From: a virus
Lineage: Duplodnaviria > Heunggongvirae > Uroviricota > Caudoviricetes
Length of the DNA: 64,000 nucleotides
Reading direction: 5' to 3' (one strand)
IMG/VR virus record: IMGVR_UViG_3300029533_000034
Position 1 is the stretch's first letter; each line of letters begins with the position of its first letter. The position numbers and the translations under genes were made by a program. The notes under the pieces are model-generated. The model was not told where the DNA came from. It ran no database searches and saw only the letters and a list, made by a program, of their open reading frames with translations. Shown in pieces: positions 8,696 to 19,339 of the stretch.

Positions 8696-10999
8696 ATGAA
8701 TCAGAATAAGAAGATAGCAGAGAAAAAATCAAGACCATACCAGCAGGAATGCATTGATAAGGTAGATAGCTTAAAAGAAGGAAGATTCCTGATTGCTCTT
8801 GCAACAGGGCTTGGGAAGACATGGATCTTCTCCCACTTTAAGAGATACGGAAGGGTACTTATTCTTTCACACAGGGATGAACTGGTCAACCAGCCGAGAC
8901 GGTATTTCGACTGTAGTTTTGGCGTAGAAAAGGCAGAAAACCATTCCAATGGGGAAGAGGTAGTATCTGCGAGTGTTCAGACACTCAGCCATGACTCCCG
9001 TCTTAAGCAGTATAAGCCGGACGATTTCCACACGATCATCATTGATGAGGCGCACCACGCTGCCGCACCATCCTATAAGAAGATCTTAAATTATTTTTCC
9101 GGCGCTAAGCGTGTAATCGGTGTCACGGCAACTCCGAAGCGTGGCGACAACGTCCGGTTAGATGACGTTTTTAACGAGATTATTTATGCAAAGGATCTTC
9201 GTTGGGGGATTAAAAATAAATATTTAAGTCCGGTGCACTGCCGGGAGGTCCGTGCAAAATATTCCCTGAAAGGCGTAAAAAAATCTATGGGGGATTTTAA
9301 TGTATCCGATTTGGACGGTTGTATTACGGAAGAAGCTGTAATAAGTGTTGCAAAAGTTCTTACAGACTGTCTCCAGGAGAATCGGCATATTCTTATTTAT
9401 TGTACTACTGTCAGAACCTGTAATTTCCTGAAGGCAGTAGTTGACAAACTGCTCCCGGAAAAAGAACGTGGCAGTGTTGCTGTTTTATCAGGGAAAACAC
9501 AGGAAGAAGATAGAAAAAATATGCTTGATGGTTTTATGAACGGGAGTGTCCGCGCCATTATTAACTGCATGGTTTTAACAGAAGGTACAGATCTTCCTAT
9601 TGCGGATACCATTATCAACTTCCGGCCGACGTGCAACGCGTCTTTGTATCAGCAGATCATCGGAAGAGGAACCCGGCTCTATGAAGGTAAGGAAAACTGT
9701 TTATGCATTGATATTCTTCCAGATGATGGCAGCGGGACAAGAAATCTGTGTACAGCTCTTACTCTTTTTGGTATAGATGCAAAACTTCTTGGAAAGAAAC
9801 AGTCTCGAATGCTTGAAGGTGAGATTGATCCGCTTGAGATTAGCGATGAAATTGCAGGACGATTTGCAGAACTTACAAAGGCGTATGAATATCGGTTGGA
9901 GCAGGTTAATCGCTTTGTGCAGGAGCAGGAAGAAATTATATCTTCTGCGCGGAAGAAACCACATGCAGATTTAAGCGACCTTGCGCATGCAGTAGATAAA
10001 TATAATTCAAAGAAAATGGATGAATTCCAAAATGATTATGATTTTCTTGGAATGGATTACTCACTTATGCCGGATACGGAACATCGTTATTGTATCAAAC
10101 CTACATGGAATGACCATATTTACCTTGCTGATCCAGATGTTATGGGTAATACAACAGTTACGTTTGATCTTACTGCCAGTGTCGGGAAATATTATATCGG
10201 TGAAATGAAAATGCAGGATGCAATTTCATTTGTTCATGATTTTTGTATGGTATCTCCAGATTATATGAAATATTCCTGGAACGTGGCATTACAAGATGAA
10301 TGGGGGAAAATAAAAGCAACTGAAAATCAAATTGGACGTCTTATGAATGAGTATGACGGGTTTCACAAAGGAAATATTAACAAGCTCCAAGCATCCAGAC
10401 TGATTGATCTTGCCTCTCGTATTTCGAAGATGAAGGCAGAGGGGAAAATGATGCTTATTACACCAAGAATGCAGGAAAAAACAATTGATAAAAAAAAGAA
10501 AATGTTTAAGGAAATACTCGAAAAGGAACTGAGGGCAAAAGAGCAGGGGCGTAGTGAGTTTGGAGAATTCCAGTCGAAAATCTTTGCTTTGGCAGAAAAA
10601 AAGAAAAAAGACGAAGAGAAATTAAAGAACCAAAAGCCTTTGGAAGAAGAAATGCTCGAAAATGGGGCAATTACAGTTAATATTGCTGTTTTTAGTTCAA
10701 AAAAAACAGCAAGCGATGCGCAGATAAAATTTCTTGGTAATTTAAAAGATAAATTAAAAACCAGAGGAGTGGCTGTTGATAAAAAAATTCCTTATATAGG
10801 AATGGGAGCAGAAGAGGCAAGTGTATATATTACTATATTAAAAACGCTTGTAGATCGTAACGTAGACCTTATAAAATATGGGGAAAAAATTTATTTTAAT
10901 CCAAATACAATCATGGGTGTTGTATTAAAACTAAAGGACACTTCATCCAGAGAAATTAAATGTTGTGTCCCGTTCGAAAAAATAGAAGAATTGAGATAA
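8696..10999 (+). CDS. SF2 (DEAD/DEAH-type) helicase with long K/E-rich C-terminal extension
   Basis: motifs GLGKT (I), IIDEAHH (II), GVTATP (III), QQIIGRGTR (VI); GGGAG RBS at the 8696 ATG. Confidence 0.8.
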   Translation: MNQNKKIAEKKSRPYQQECIDKVDSLKEGRFLIALATGLGKTWIFSHFKRYGRVLILSHRDELVNQPRRYFDCSFGVEKAENHSNGEEVVSASVQTLSHDSRLKQYKPDDFHTIIIDEAHHAAAPSYKKILNYFSGAKRVIGVTATPKRGDNVRLDDVFNEIIYAKDLRWGIKNKYLSPVHCREVRAKYSLKGVKKSMGDFNVSDLDGCITEEAVISVAKVLTDCLQENRHILIYCTTVRTCNFLKAVVDKLLPEKERGSVAVLSGKTQEEDRKNMLDGFMNGSVRAIINCMVLTEGTDLPIADTIINFRPTCNASLYQQIIGRGTRLYEGKENCLCIDILPDDGSGTRNLCTALTLFGIDAKLLGKKQSRMLEGEIDPLEISDEIAGRFAELTKAYEYRLEQVNRFVQEQEEIISSARKKPHADLSDLAHAVDKYNSKKMDEFQNDYDFLGMDYSLMPDTEHRYCIKPTWNDHIYLADPDVMGNTTVTFDLTASVGKYYIGEMKMQDAISFVHDFCMVSPDYMKYSWNVALQDEWGKIKATENQIGRLMNEYDGFHKGNINKLQASRLIDLASRISKMKAEGKMMLITPRMQEKTIDKKKKMFKEILEKELRAKEQGRSEFGEFQSKIFALAEKKKKDEEKLKNQKPLEEEMLENGAITVNIAVFSSKKTASDAQIKFLGNLKDKLKTRGVAVDKKIPYIGMGAEEASVYITILKTLVDRNVDLIKYGEKIYFNPNTIMGVVLKLKDTSSREIKCCVPFEKIEELR

Positions 11000-11069
11000 T
11001 AATATTATATTAAAAATAAAAGGTTGATACTATGTATAAAAATAAATACAATATTCTTTTAAAAAAATT

Positions 11070-11108
11070 TTGACGATTTTTAAGATGACGCAATATGTGT
11101 ATTGTAAA
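11070..11108 (+). promoter_or_regulatory. recurring phage promoter, copy 3
   Basis: TTGACG...GACGCAATATGTGT. Confidence 0.5.
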
Positions 11109-11247
11109 GGTTATAAACCGAGCTGCCAGGGTTACCGGCTGGCAGAAATCCTTTCGATATTTGTTTACGCTTCCGGGTAATACCCGAAAGGGATAGTGAG
11201 GACACAGCGTAAGCTGTTCTGGGTTCGACTCCCGGATATCTCTTTTT
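11105..11247 (+). ncRNA. structured ~140-nt RNA, family copy 2 (3' hairpin is GGGTTCGACTCCC, i.e. a canonical tRNA T-arm)
   Basis: paralog of 8490, 33063, 36227. Confidence 0.55.
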
Positions 11248-11286
11248 TAAATGAAATTACAGAAAAAACAATATGGAGGGAAAAAG

Positions 11287-11592
11287 ATGGACGAGTTGAT
11301 CTGGAAACTTCGGGCATATGCTGATGCATACGAAAAAGAACCAACAGGGCGGGAAGTCGAGGGCACCGTGGAATTGCTCGAGAATTCTGCAGATGTTTTG
11401 CAGGAAGCAAAAGAATCCGTTGAGAAATTAAAGCAGAGGTTTATGTATGGAATGGATGTCCATTATCAGGGGAACGATGCGGATGATTATATTGAATGTC
11501 CATTCTGCGGATATGAGGTTGCAGCGATCGACGATTACCGTGAGCAGCGTCCAAATCATTGTCCGAAATGCGGAACAAAACTGATATACTAG
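11287..11592 (+). CDS. small protein with C-terminal zinc ribbon (CPFCG...CPKCG)
   Basis: GGAGGG RBS. Confidence 0.5.
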   Translation: MDELIWKLRAYADAYEKEPTGREVEGTVELLENSADVLQEAKESVEKLKQRFMYGMDVHYQGNDADDYIECPFCGYEVAAIDDYREQRPNHCPKCGTKLIY

Positions 11593-11631
11593 GCAAACAA
11601 AGTTAGTGAATAGCTTTAAGCCACTGTTATA

Positions 11632-11866
11632 GTTGCACCCCGCAAGGGTGCAGGGTTGAAATATTATACTGAATCGTCGCTGCCTGCATAGATATAGTTG
11701 CATCCCTTATGGGATGTATGGGTTGAAATTCAATAGAAACAGATGCATTCGGAGGTGTTACAAGTTGCACCCCCGCAAGGGGTGCATGGGTTGAAAATAA
11801 GAAATGGTAGGAAGGAATTCAGATATGAACATTAGTTGCATCCCGCAAGGGGTGCAGGGGTGAAAT
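11632..11866 (+). CRISPR. CRISPR mini-array 1: 4 degenerate type I-C-like repeats (GTTGCACCCCGCAAGGGGTGCATGGGTTGAAAT), 3 spacers of 34-37 nt
   Basis: repeat/spacer periodicity read directly from the sequence. Confidence 0.8.
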
Positions 11867-12025
11867 AAAAGGATGTTGCCATATATGTCAACCAAACTCG
11901 GCTATTGAATAAATAACCGAGCATGATTTCTTCGGAACTGCTGAATCATGCAGTCTGACTGGTGAAGCGATGGTATACATATTTGAGCAAATTAAACAAA
12001 AATACAGAATCAGAGGAGAAATAAC

Positions 12026-12676
12026 ATGTCAAAAACAAAAGGACTATCAAAGAAGAAAAAATTACTAAAAACGCTCATGTATAAATGCCTTCCATTTAAG
12101 GTATTACTTATTGTCTTTTTATATGCAGTAATTGGATTTATTAACATTCCAATTAATAAATGGCTTAGTTTCAACTGGCAGAAATGGTCAGATGGGGAAT
12201 ATCATCCTTTTTTCGGTGCATTTTTTGTTCTTCCATTTTCTGAACTGTTAAGTTGTTTAATTGTGTTTGCTGTTATTTGCGCAGTTTATTATTTTGTCAG
12301 TGGAATAATCGCATATAGGAATTATTGTTACATCCCCCTTACAGAAAATGAAATCAGGAAAAAAGGATTCAGAAACGCAGATGAGTATTTTGCCTACGTG
12401 TGCGACATGTGTTCTTATGGTTTTAAAAATAATAAAGACTACATTCTTATTGGCGATGAAGACTTCCGAAAAATGTTAACTACCTGTCTGCAGGTATTTC
12501 CTGATAATGGGACAATTTTTGGAATAAACCGCCATATGGTACGAAATATCATATGGAATCCTGATTTTCTTTCCGCGCTTGCACTAGCCAGTGACCAAAG
12601 GGCGGAAATCATCAATGGACGTGTTGTATTGTCTGGCACCACAAAAGATGGTGACAGAAAAGAATATAAAATATAA
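12026..12676 (+). CDS. integral membrane protein
   Basis: AGGAGA RBS; several hydrophobic helices. Confidence 0.55.
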   Translation: MSKTKGLSKKKKLLKTLMYKCLPFKVLLIVFLYAVIGFINIPINKWLSFNWQKWSDGEYHPFFGAFFVLPFSELLSCLIVFAVICAVYYFVSGIIAYRNYCYIPLTENEIRKKGFRNADEYFAYVCDMCSYGFKNNKDYILIGDEDFRKMLTTCLQVFPDNGTIFGINRHMVRNIIWNPDFLSALALASDQRAEIINGRVVLSGTTKDGDRKEYKI

Positions 12677-12692
12677 AGCAAGGAGATATAAT

Positions 12693-12911
12693 ATGCCAAA
12701 GAAAGCATCAGAAACACCGGAGGTGCCATCATATATCCCTCCGGCAAGTGAAAAGGAAAAGATTATAGAAAAGATCCGAAAAAAAGGAATTGAATGCAAA
12801 CCGGATGGTACCGGGATTCCAATATTCGACACAAATGACCCGAAAGTAATGGACATGATCCGAAAAGAGATCAATGAACGTTTTTCGTTCGGATTTCATA
12901 TTCGTCCGTAG
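12693..12911 (+). CDS. small hypothetical protein
   Basis: AAGGAGA RBS before internal ATG. Confidence 0.4.
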   Translation: MPKKASETPEVPSYIPPASEKEKIIEKIRKKGIECKPDGTGIPIFDTNDPKVMDMIRKEINERFSFGFHIRP

Positions 12912-12920
12912 GAGGGATAT

Positions 12921-13448
12921 ATGATGGAAACAATAAGAGACTACGAAGCAATGGTATACGTACTTGAACACAACCGGAAAAGCGCCGGGACTGGAGAAAA
13001 TATCAGCTGGAAGAAAATATCATATGAAAAGTTAAGTAAAGAGATGAAAAGCTATACCGGACGGATTAAGCGTATGCTTGGAGAACTTATATTAAACGGA
13101 CGGATAGAGATTAAAACAGAACGTCCCTTTGTTTACCGTGTTCTTATTAAATCCGTGTTTACAGAAGAAGAATTTAAGAAATACCAGGATACCCGTCTTC
13201 TTGGAAAATTCCATGACTCATTATCAAAATTAACTGATACTGTGGAAACTGCTTCCGAAACAGTACAAGCTGTTTGGCGTCCAAGTGAAGCTATGCAGAA
13301 ACGCCAGACGGGTGCGGGGAATACGTTTGTGTATAGCAAAGCGAATTCTTTAAGCGTGCATGAGAGTTTTGAGCGGTCGAAGCAGGATAGAGAATATCGG
13401 CCGGCAGGAGAAAAGGCAGGAAAGAGAAAAGCTGTAACGATATGGTAG
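12921..13448 (+). CDS. hypothetical protein
   Basis: GGAGGG RBS. Confidence 0.5.
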   Translation: MMETIRDYEAMVYVLEHNRKSAGTGENISWKKISYEKLSKEMKSYTGRIKRMLGELILNGRIEIKTERPFVYRVLIKSVFTEEEFKKYQDTRLLGKFHDSLSKLTDTVETASETVQAVWRPSEAMQKRQTGAGNTFVYSKANSLSVHESFERSKQDREYRPAGEKAGKRKAVTIW

Positions 13449-13578
13449 TCGGCGTCCCGGCTGCTGGAAAGGAGTAACTTACAATGGGAAATTACACGGA
13501 AATTAACGTATGTTTTGATTTGTTTAAAAATACATCAGAGAAAATTCTTTTGGAAAGAAGAAATAAGAAGTAGAAAAT

Positions 13579-13761
13579 ATGAAGAAATATATCATTGCAT
13601 TTGGAGTTTCATTTTTTATTTTTTCGTTTTTGATTGTGTGTGGCATATTGCTGTTTGGACTACAATATGTGTTGCATACACCAGCCTTTACATATTTTTG
13701 TGTATTTGGCATGGCATTTGTTGTGTCCTGTGTTTGTGCATATGCTCAAAAGAGGAAATGA
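13579..13761 (+). CDS. small hydrophobic protein
   Basis: ORF; weak RBS. Confidence 0.3.
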   Translation: MKKYIIAFGVSFFIFSFLIVCGILLFGLQYVLHTPAFTYFCVFGMAFVVSCVCAYAQKRK

Positions 13762-13768
13762 TTTGCTT

Positions 13769-14137
13769 ATGATAGAACATCAAAATGAAGACACAGAAAT
13801 GCCAGCAGAATTACCGGATCATAATTTTTTTAAATGTGACAGATGGTTCGGTATTGCATGCTGTGACAGTTATTATTTTGATGGACAAACCTGCAGCAAA
13901 ATGAAATTCGATAATATCTCGGATACATGGAAAGCCAATATCGGGGCTAACTTAAAAGACCAATGTTCCGAAATAAAAAAGTTCACGGGCTGGCTGGCAC
14001 CACATATCTGTATCTTTGGCTTCGTTGGTTATACCAGATATGAAGAATTTTACAATCCTACCTTGATTTGCATCAAAGATGGCGAAGCTATATTCAAGCA
14101 GATTGATGTTAAGAAACCGGAAAGAGGTGAAACGTAA
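13769..14137 (+). CDS. hypothetical Cys-containing protein
   Basis: internal ATG with RBS. Confidence 0.45.
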   Translation: MIEHQNEDTEMPAELPDHNFFKCDRWFGIACCDSYYFDGQTCSKMKFDNISDTWKANIGANLKDQCSEIKKFTGWLAPHICIFGFVGYTRYEEFYNPTLICIKDGEAIFKQIDVKKPERGET

Positions 14138-14601
14138 TGTATGGTCTTATCATTAAGAAAGAGTGGCTGGATTTAATCATGTCCGGAAAAAAGACTCTGG
14201 AGATCCGCGGAAGCAGGACTTCCCATGCAGGAGAAGAGATTGCGCTTCTCGAAAGCGGATCACAGAAGATCCGTGGTTTTTGTACGATTAAAGAAGTAAC
14301 GGCCTTGGATAAAGGAAAATGGGAAGCACACAGAGATCGCCATTGCGTGGATATGCCGTGGGAAAATCTTATTAAACGATATAAGACGCCATATGCGTGG
14401 CACTTATCTTCAATCACACCAACGGAGGAATTTACATATGAGCATCCAAAGGGTGCCGTGATCTGGGTTAACCTGGATCATGTTCCTGTATTTAAAGAAG
14501 TGAACAATAAAGGAGGAAATTGTCATGAGCAAATCAAGGGAACCAGCTTGCACAAATATTTCATCTCGGGAGGGTTCTATGGAAAATATCATAACTTATA
14601 A
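14137..14601 (+). CDS. ASCH (PUA-like) domain protein
   Basis: GKKTLEIRG motif typical of ASCH domains. Confidence 0.6.
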   Translation: MYGLIIKKEWLDLIMSGKKTLEIRGSRTSHAGEEIALLESGSQKIRGFCTIKEVTALDKGKWEAHRDRHCVDMPWENLIKRYKTPYAWHLSSITPTEEFTYEHPKGAVIWVNLDHVPVFKEVNNKGGNCHEQIKGTSLHKYFISGGFYGKYHNL

Positions 14602-14989
14602 AATGACAAACTTATTTTCAACACCAGATCTGGTTTCTCTTTTCACATCTGTTGGATGGGTTAATGAAAGTGCAGAATATCCTAATCGATTGGAAAATGC
14701 AATGTATCATTCAGATATTGTTTTTAGCGCATGGGACGGAGATAAGCTTGTTGGTTTATTAAGTACCATAAGTGATACAATGCATGTTTATATAACATAT
14801 CTTCTAGTCGATCCATCTTATCAAAATAGAAAGATAGGTACTAAATTGCTTAATATGTTTGAAAAACATTATGTTAATTACAAAAAAGAACTTAAAACGG
14901 AGAAAGCATCAGATTATTATAAACGCTTTGGGTGGCATTCGGATTCTGTGGGGATGGTTAAGAATGATCTTCCCCTTTATGATTATTGA
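14579..14989 (+). CDS. GNAT-family N-acetyltransferase
   Basis: GGGAGGG RBS; acetyl-CoA-binding-like motif ...YQNRKIGTKLL... Confidence 0.6.
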   Translation: MENIITYKMTNLFSTPDLVSLFTSVGWVNESAEYPNRLENAMYHSDIVFSAWDGDKLVGLLSTISDTMHVYITYLLVDPSYQNRKIGTKLLNMFEKHYVNYKKELKTEKASDYYKRFGWHSDSVGMVKNDLPLYDY

Positions 14990-15259
14990 TTCTTAACAAA
15001 TGTACCAATTGCGAAGTAGGAGGAGATGCGAATGTCATATATGAGTGAGTGGATTTATTCCGAAGAAGATTTACGGGAATCGGTTAAAGAAGATCGGGAA
15101 TATATTCGGGAAGAAATCAGACAAGCCATTGAGAATGGCGTCATCAAAATAGAAACCGGTTCAGAAAAGTTATTTGAAATATTAAAGTGAGGAAAATATT
15201 TTATGGGAGTCAATGGAATGAATTAAATATGCATTTAAATGAGAGGCTGGTGAAGATTT

Positions 15260-15457
15260 ATGAAAATCGTACCTTTGTTTTTATTGATAGGCGGAATAAC
15301 CTTATTAGTTCTTTGTCTAGTCTTACTTGTGCAGATCGCAACTCATAAATTAATGTCTAATAGAAGTAGCCTGCCTATCTATATATGCTTTATTATTTTA
15401 GCAGTTGCTGATATTGTAACAGGGATTTCAACACTTGGAGGTTTTAACCATGAATAA
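15260..15457 (+). CDS. small membrane protein
   Basis: ORF, hydrophobic. Confidence 0.35.
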   Translation: MKIVPLFLLIGGITLLVLCLVLLVQIATHKLMSNRSSLPIYICFIILAVADIVTGISTLGGFNHE

Positions 15458-15875
15458 CGTTGTATTGATAATTATAGCTATTGCCACAACATTTGTAATT
15501 GATAAAGTATTTGATGATGTTCTAAGTCCTGCTGCAAAGTTTATTGTGACATTGTTGACGATATTGCTTTTCGTTTTTGTTTATGTTTTTGGACAGTATG
15601 CAGCGGGTTCTGCCACTGCTGAACTACACAAATTTGTAGAACAACTTGATACGGAACAGCAGAATCAGGTAGTTGAGACAGAAAAACAAGCTAATCCAAA
15701 AAAGCAAACAAGAAAAGAGCAGGAAGAGAAATTACATAAACTTGCCGCATCTGGTAAAGCGAAGATTGTAATAGATGGTGAACCGACAAGTGATGAGTTT
15801 GATATTGATGGCATTAAATTAAAAGATTATGATATCAAATTTAAGAATGGAAAAGTCTATTTGATATCAAAATAG
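15450..15875 (+). CDS. membrane protein; C-terminal module (DIDGIKLKDYDIKFKNGKVYLISK) paralogous to the C-terminus of the ORF at 26928
   Basis: GGAGG RBS. Confidence 0.45.
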   Translation: MNNVVLIIIAIATTFVIDKVFDDVLSPAAKFIVTLLTILLFVFVYVFGQYAAGSATAELHKFVEQLDTEQQNQVVETEKQANPKKQTRKEQEEKLHKLAASGKAKIVIDGEPTSDEFDIDGIKLKDYDIKFKNGKVYLISK

Positions 15876-16112
15876 GAAGCTATTACTATGTATTTCATTA
15901 CTCTTATCTAAGTTTTGGTAGAATTAAAGAGGTTTGTCATGCTTATTGTTTTGAGCGTCATTATAGTATTTAGGGGTAATTCAGAATGGGTATCCTGCAA
16001 GAATTGTAATAGAAAAATCTGAGGCTATTAATTCATTATTCTTTCCTAAAAATACAGAAGTCAAAGATTAGATTATTCTTGCAAAAATGCATTTAAGGAG
16101 GAACAAATTTTA

Positions 16113-17117
16113 ATGAATACGTTGGAAAATTTAGAAATGGTATTGTTTGACTTTGATGATACGCTGTGCATACATAATCATCGCTCGGATGCTTATGAGG
16201 AAATGATGGAATATTTGTCATATATTCATTCAGGTGAAACATTTCCAAAATCATGGAATAAAGCAAAACCGAATTTGCAGTTAAAGAAATTCATGGATTA
16301 TCTTGCTTATAAGAATATCCCTATGGGTTTAATTAGCGGAGTGCGTGATTGTAAGACTGCGGAAAGAAAGATCAAATGGGTTAAAGAAAATTACGGTTAT
16401 TTACTGGAAAATTACTGTGTATCCAGTCAGGAACAGAAGATTATTGAACTTAAGGTCCTTGCAAAGGTTAACAGGCTTCATGAAAATCAGATTGCTATTA
16501 TTGATGATATGTATTCAAACCTTGAAAAAGCAGAAAGTGAGGGATTCATTGCTCTTTCCCCAATGCAGGTTGTTAATTTGTTTAATGAAACATCTGAACA
16601 AAAGTCTGCTGCAAGGATTATACCAGATTGCGATTTTCAACTGTATAATGAATTGAAAAATAAATACATATTCTGGGATATAGACAGCACTTTAGCGGCA
16701 TACAGGTTTAACGGGCATGTTTCAGATCCGGAAGGTACCGATAATGGTATGAGTTTAAAAGAAATCGAGGATGGGGTTTTTCTTAAGAGGAAGCCGTCCT
16801 GTCATATGCAGATGGTGTTGTCTACATGTGGCGCGAAGCAGAACATTGTGATGGGGCACTGCCAGGTGCAAAAAGAAATGGATGATAAACAGCTCTGGCT
16901 GGACAAGTATTATCCAAGTATCACAGATCGTTTACTTGTATCGGAAAACAAATCAAAAGCAGATACCATTTTGCAATACTGTAAGGATCATGATATTAGC
17001 TTGCAAGATGTAGTATTTGTAGACGATGTGATTTCATTTTTACGTGAAGCAGAGCGAAAAGGAATTGAATCATTTCATATCAGTAGTTTCCTGGATTGGG
17101 ATTTCGAAAGGAGGTAA
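16113..17117 (+). CDS. tandem HAD-superfamily hydrolase (two DxDxT motifs: DFDDT and DIDST)
   Basis: AGGAGG RBS; HAD motif I present twice. Confidence 0.6.
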   Translation: MNTLENLEMVLFDFDDTLCIHNHRSDAYEEMMEYLSYIHSGETFPKSWNKAKPNLQLKKFMDYLAYKNIPMGLISGVRDCKTAERKIKWVKENYGYLLENYCVSSQEQKIIELKVLAKVNRLHENQIAIIDDMYSNLEKAESEGFIALSPMQVVNLFNETSEQKSAARIIPDCDFQLYNELKNKYIFWDIDSTLAAYRFNGHVSDPEGTDNGMSLKEIEDGVFLKRKPSCHMQMVLSTCGAKQNIVMGHCQVQKEMDDKQLWLDKYYPSITDRLLVSENKSKADTILQYCKDHDISLQDVVFVDDVISFLREAERKGIESFHISSFLDWDFERR

Positions 17118-17121
17118 CATA

Positions 17122-18192
17122 ATGGATTTATGTATTGACTACAACTTGTTGTTTGCAGAATTAAAGAAACATGGTTTCTGCCTTGGTTTTTCAACAATTG
17201 AGGATGTTGCGCTTTCAAAGGAGCAGGTGGATTACTGGCATCGTGGAAATTTTGTTTGTTATGTAAAATCGAAGGGATTAATTGCAACTTATGTATGCTT
17301 TATTACCGGTGATGAATTGAAAGATGAATTCTCTACTTATAAGAGTGTTCATGAGCATTTGAATTTCACAGATACTATAGAAACTCAGCGGAGACCATCA
17401 ATCGTTGAAGCATTTGAAAACGTTTTATTTACCAGTTATTCTGATGCAGTTGCTAAATATAAGCAGATGCTTGCTGTTTTTCCAAAATTTACACCAGCAT
17501 TTAAAGAATTGTTTGCAGAAGAAATGGATGCTCTTGCAGTATCTAATACGTCAATTCAGGTTAAACCTGATTTGTCGAAAATTTATATAAATAAAGAGCA
17601 TGAATATTGTTACATCTCAGCTGTTACACCGGATAGTGTCTGCGTTAAGCGACTCACCGATGCATCTTTTGACAAAGAGCTGGATTATCGTGAATTGCAG
17701 CAATACACTGCCGTTCCAGAAGTTTTTGACGAATTACGTTCACTTTTGTTAACAGTATTACACGGTCTTTCTTCTGTTATCAAGATAAATAATCTGCCCG
17801 AAGATAACAGTGTTTCTTTGAAATATTATAATGAAACAGATGAATTCGGTGATGTAACAACATATACTGTAGTTGGTCAAAATTTCGAATTGATCCTTAC
17901 AAATATGCTTGGTGCTTCCTGTTATTTGAGTGATAAGTCTTGTATACATGATTCAGATAATGAGTGTCACGCATACGATATTGCTGATGTTTTTTCAGCA
18001 AATGCAAAAGCCAAACGTATTCATGATTTTCTTGTAAAACTCATGAAAGAGTTTGCTCCTATTTTAGCAGGTGACCTGGCATTGCGGAAGCAGCTTTTCG
18101 ATTATTTGTATACACTTGAGGATGGTGATAATTCCGTTAATGCGCAGCAACTAGGGTTGCCAGATAATACGGATTCTTTGCTTCATAAATAG
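17122..18192 (+). CDS. hypothetical protein
   Basis: AAAGGAGG RBS. Confidence 0.55.
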   Translation: MDLCIDYNLLFAELKKHGFCLGFSTIEDVALSKEQVDYWHRGNFVCYVKSKGLIATYVCFITGDELKDEFSTYKSVHEHLNFTDTIETQRRPSIVEAFENVLFTSYSDAVAKYKQMLAVFPKFTPAFKELFAEEMDALAVSNTSIQVKPDLSKIYINKEHEYCYISAVTPDSVCVKRLTDASFDKELDYRELQQYTAVPEVFDELRSLLLTVLHGLSSVIKINNLPEDNSVSLKYYNETDEFGDVTTYTVVGQNFELILTNMLGASCYLSDKSCIHDSDNECHAYDIADVFSANAKAKRIHDFLVKLMKEFAPILAGDLALRKQLFDYLYTLEDGDNSVNAQQLGLPDNTDSLLHK

Positions 18193-18220
18193 GAAGAAAA
18201 AGGAGGAAAATAATTGCGAT

Positions 18221-19012
18221 ATGTATACTAAAATATATGCTATTTTTACGACAGTGGTTAAATGTTTTATTCTGGCGTGTGGTATATCTTTATTACTATT
18301 TTTCTTTTATGATAATGAATTAGAACCAACAAAAGACAATATTAAATGTGTAGTTAGCATAATATATACGAATTTATTAACTGAAGTAGTAATTACATAT
18401 TTATTTAAAAAATTAATTGGTAGTATTAAGGAAGACGTTGTAAATGCAAAGCCGTATGGAAAAGCGCAAATAGGAAATAAAGAAAAAACGTATGAGAATA
18501 TAAGAGAAATGATTACTGTTCACGAAGCAGGTCATGCAGTAATGTCTTATTTAAAAAATGCAGATACAATTATTGTGAATGCTTCTCTTTGCGAACCAAA
18601 TGTAGTATCGGGATATGATAGCGTAGTAAATGCAGAAGTTGTGAAAAGCATGATACTTATTAAATACGCAGGAGCAATAGCAGAAGAATTAATATTTGGA
18701 CATTATAGTGCAGGTTCTTTTTTCGGATCTAATTCAGATAATTCAGATTTTAAAAGTGCGACGGAATTAATTAAGGGCTACATTACTATGATTAATCCAG
18801 AACGGAGCAAAACACTATTAGATGACGAACTGAAAGATCAACTTATAGATATATCAAAAGCTTTTTATCAAGAATGCAAAGAATTACTTAGCTGTAATAT
18901 AAAATTAGTTGAACATTTATCTAATGTATTGACATACAAAGAAAGATTAACCACAGAAGAAGTACTTGAGATAATAAATGCTTTCAAGGAGAGCAAAGAA
19001 AGAAATACTTAA
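18221..19012 (+). CDS. membrane-anchored peptidase M41 (FtsH protease-domain) homolog without an AAA module
   Basis: HEAGHAV zinc motif plus downstream GAIAEEL..FG helix, as in the FtsH C-terminal domain; N-terminal TM segment. Confidence 0.65.
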   Translation: MYTKIYAIFTTVVKCFILACGISLLLFFFYDNELEPTKDNIKCVVSIIYTNLLTEVVITYLFKKLIGSIKEDVVNAKPYGKAQIGNKEKTYENIREMITVHEAGHAVMSYLKNADTIIVNASLCEPNVVSGYDSVVNAEVVKSMILIKYAGAIAEELIFGHYSAGSFFGSNSDNSDFKSATELIKGYITMINPERSKTLLDDELKDQLIDISKAFYQECKELLSCNIKLVEHLSNVLTYKERLTTEEVLEIINAFKESKERNT

Positions 19013-19149
19013 ATTTTTATCATTTCAGGATGTCACGATTATAACGAAGCAAACAGAGGAATGGAGATTGGCTTTGGTATTTCTCTTATCCTCGCCCAAA
19101 TTGTTGTTACGTTGACATATCTGGCTTTTGGAGGTGTGTTGTAATTTCT

Positions 19150-19222
19150 TGCGGAGCAGAGCAGAGGAGGCTCACCGGGCTCATGACCTGGGTGTCGGAG
19201 GTTCGATTCCTTCCTCCGCAAT
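19150..19222 (+). tRNA. tRNA-Met/Ile2 (anticodon CAT)
   Basis: cloverleaf: acceptor tgcggag/ctccgca, D-stem gagc/gctc, anticodon loop cuCAUga, T-loop TTCGATT. Confidence 0.65.
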
Positions 19223-19339
19223 TAATTTTAAAAAAGGGAGGTTATAACATGTTCTAACTGATTAGAAAACATAAACAAGCATTCGTTCAAAAGAAAAATT
19301 CGTATGTGAAAAAAGGATGGGAGGAAAAGAAAGAAAATC

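Noticed and set aside
19039-19221. ORF 19039-19221 (-)
   Set aside because: It is the antisense reading of tRNA-Met(CAT).
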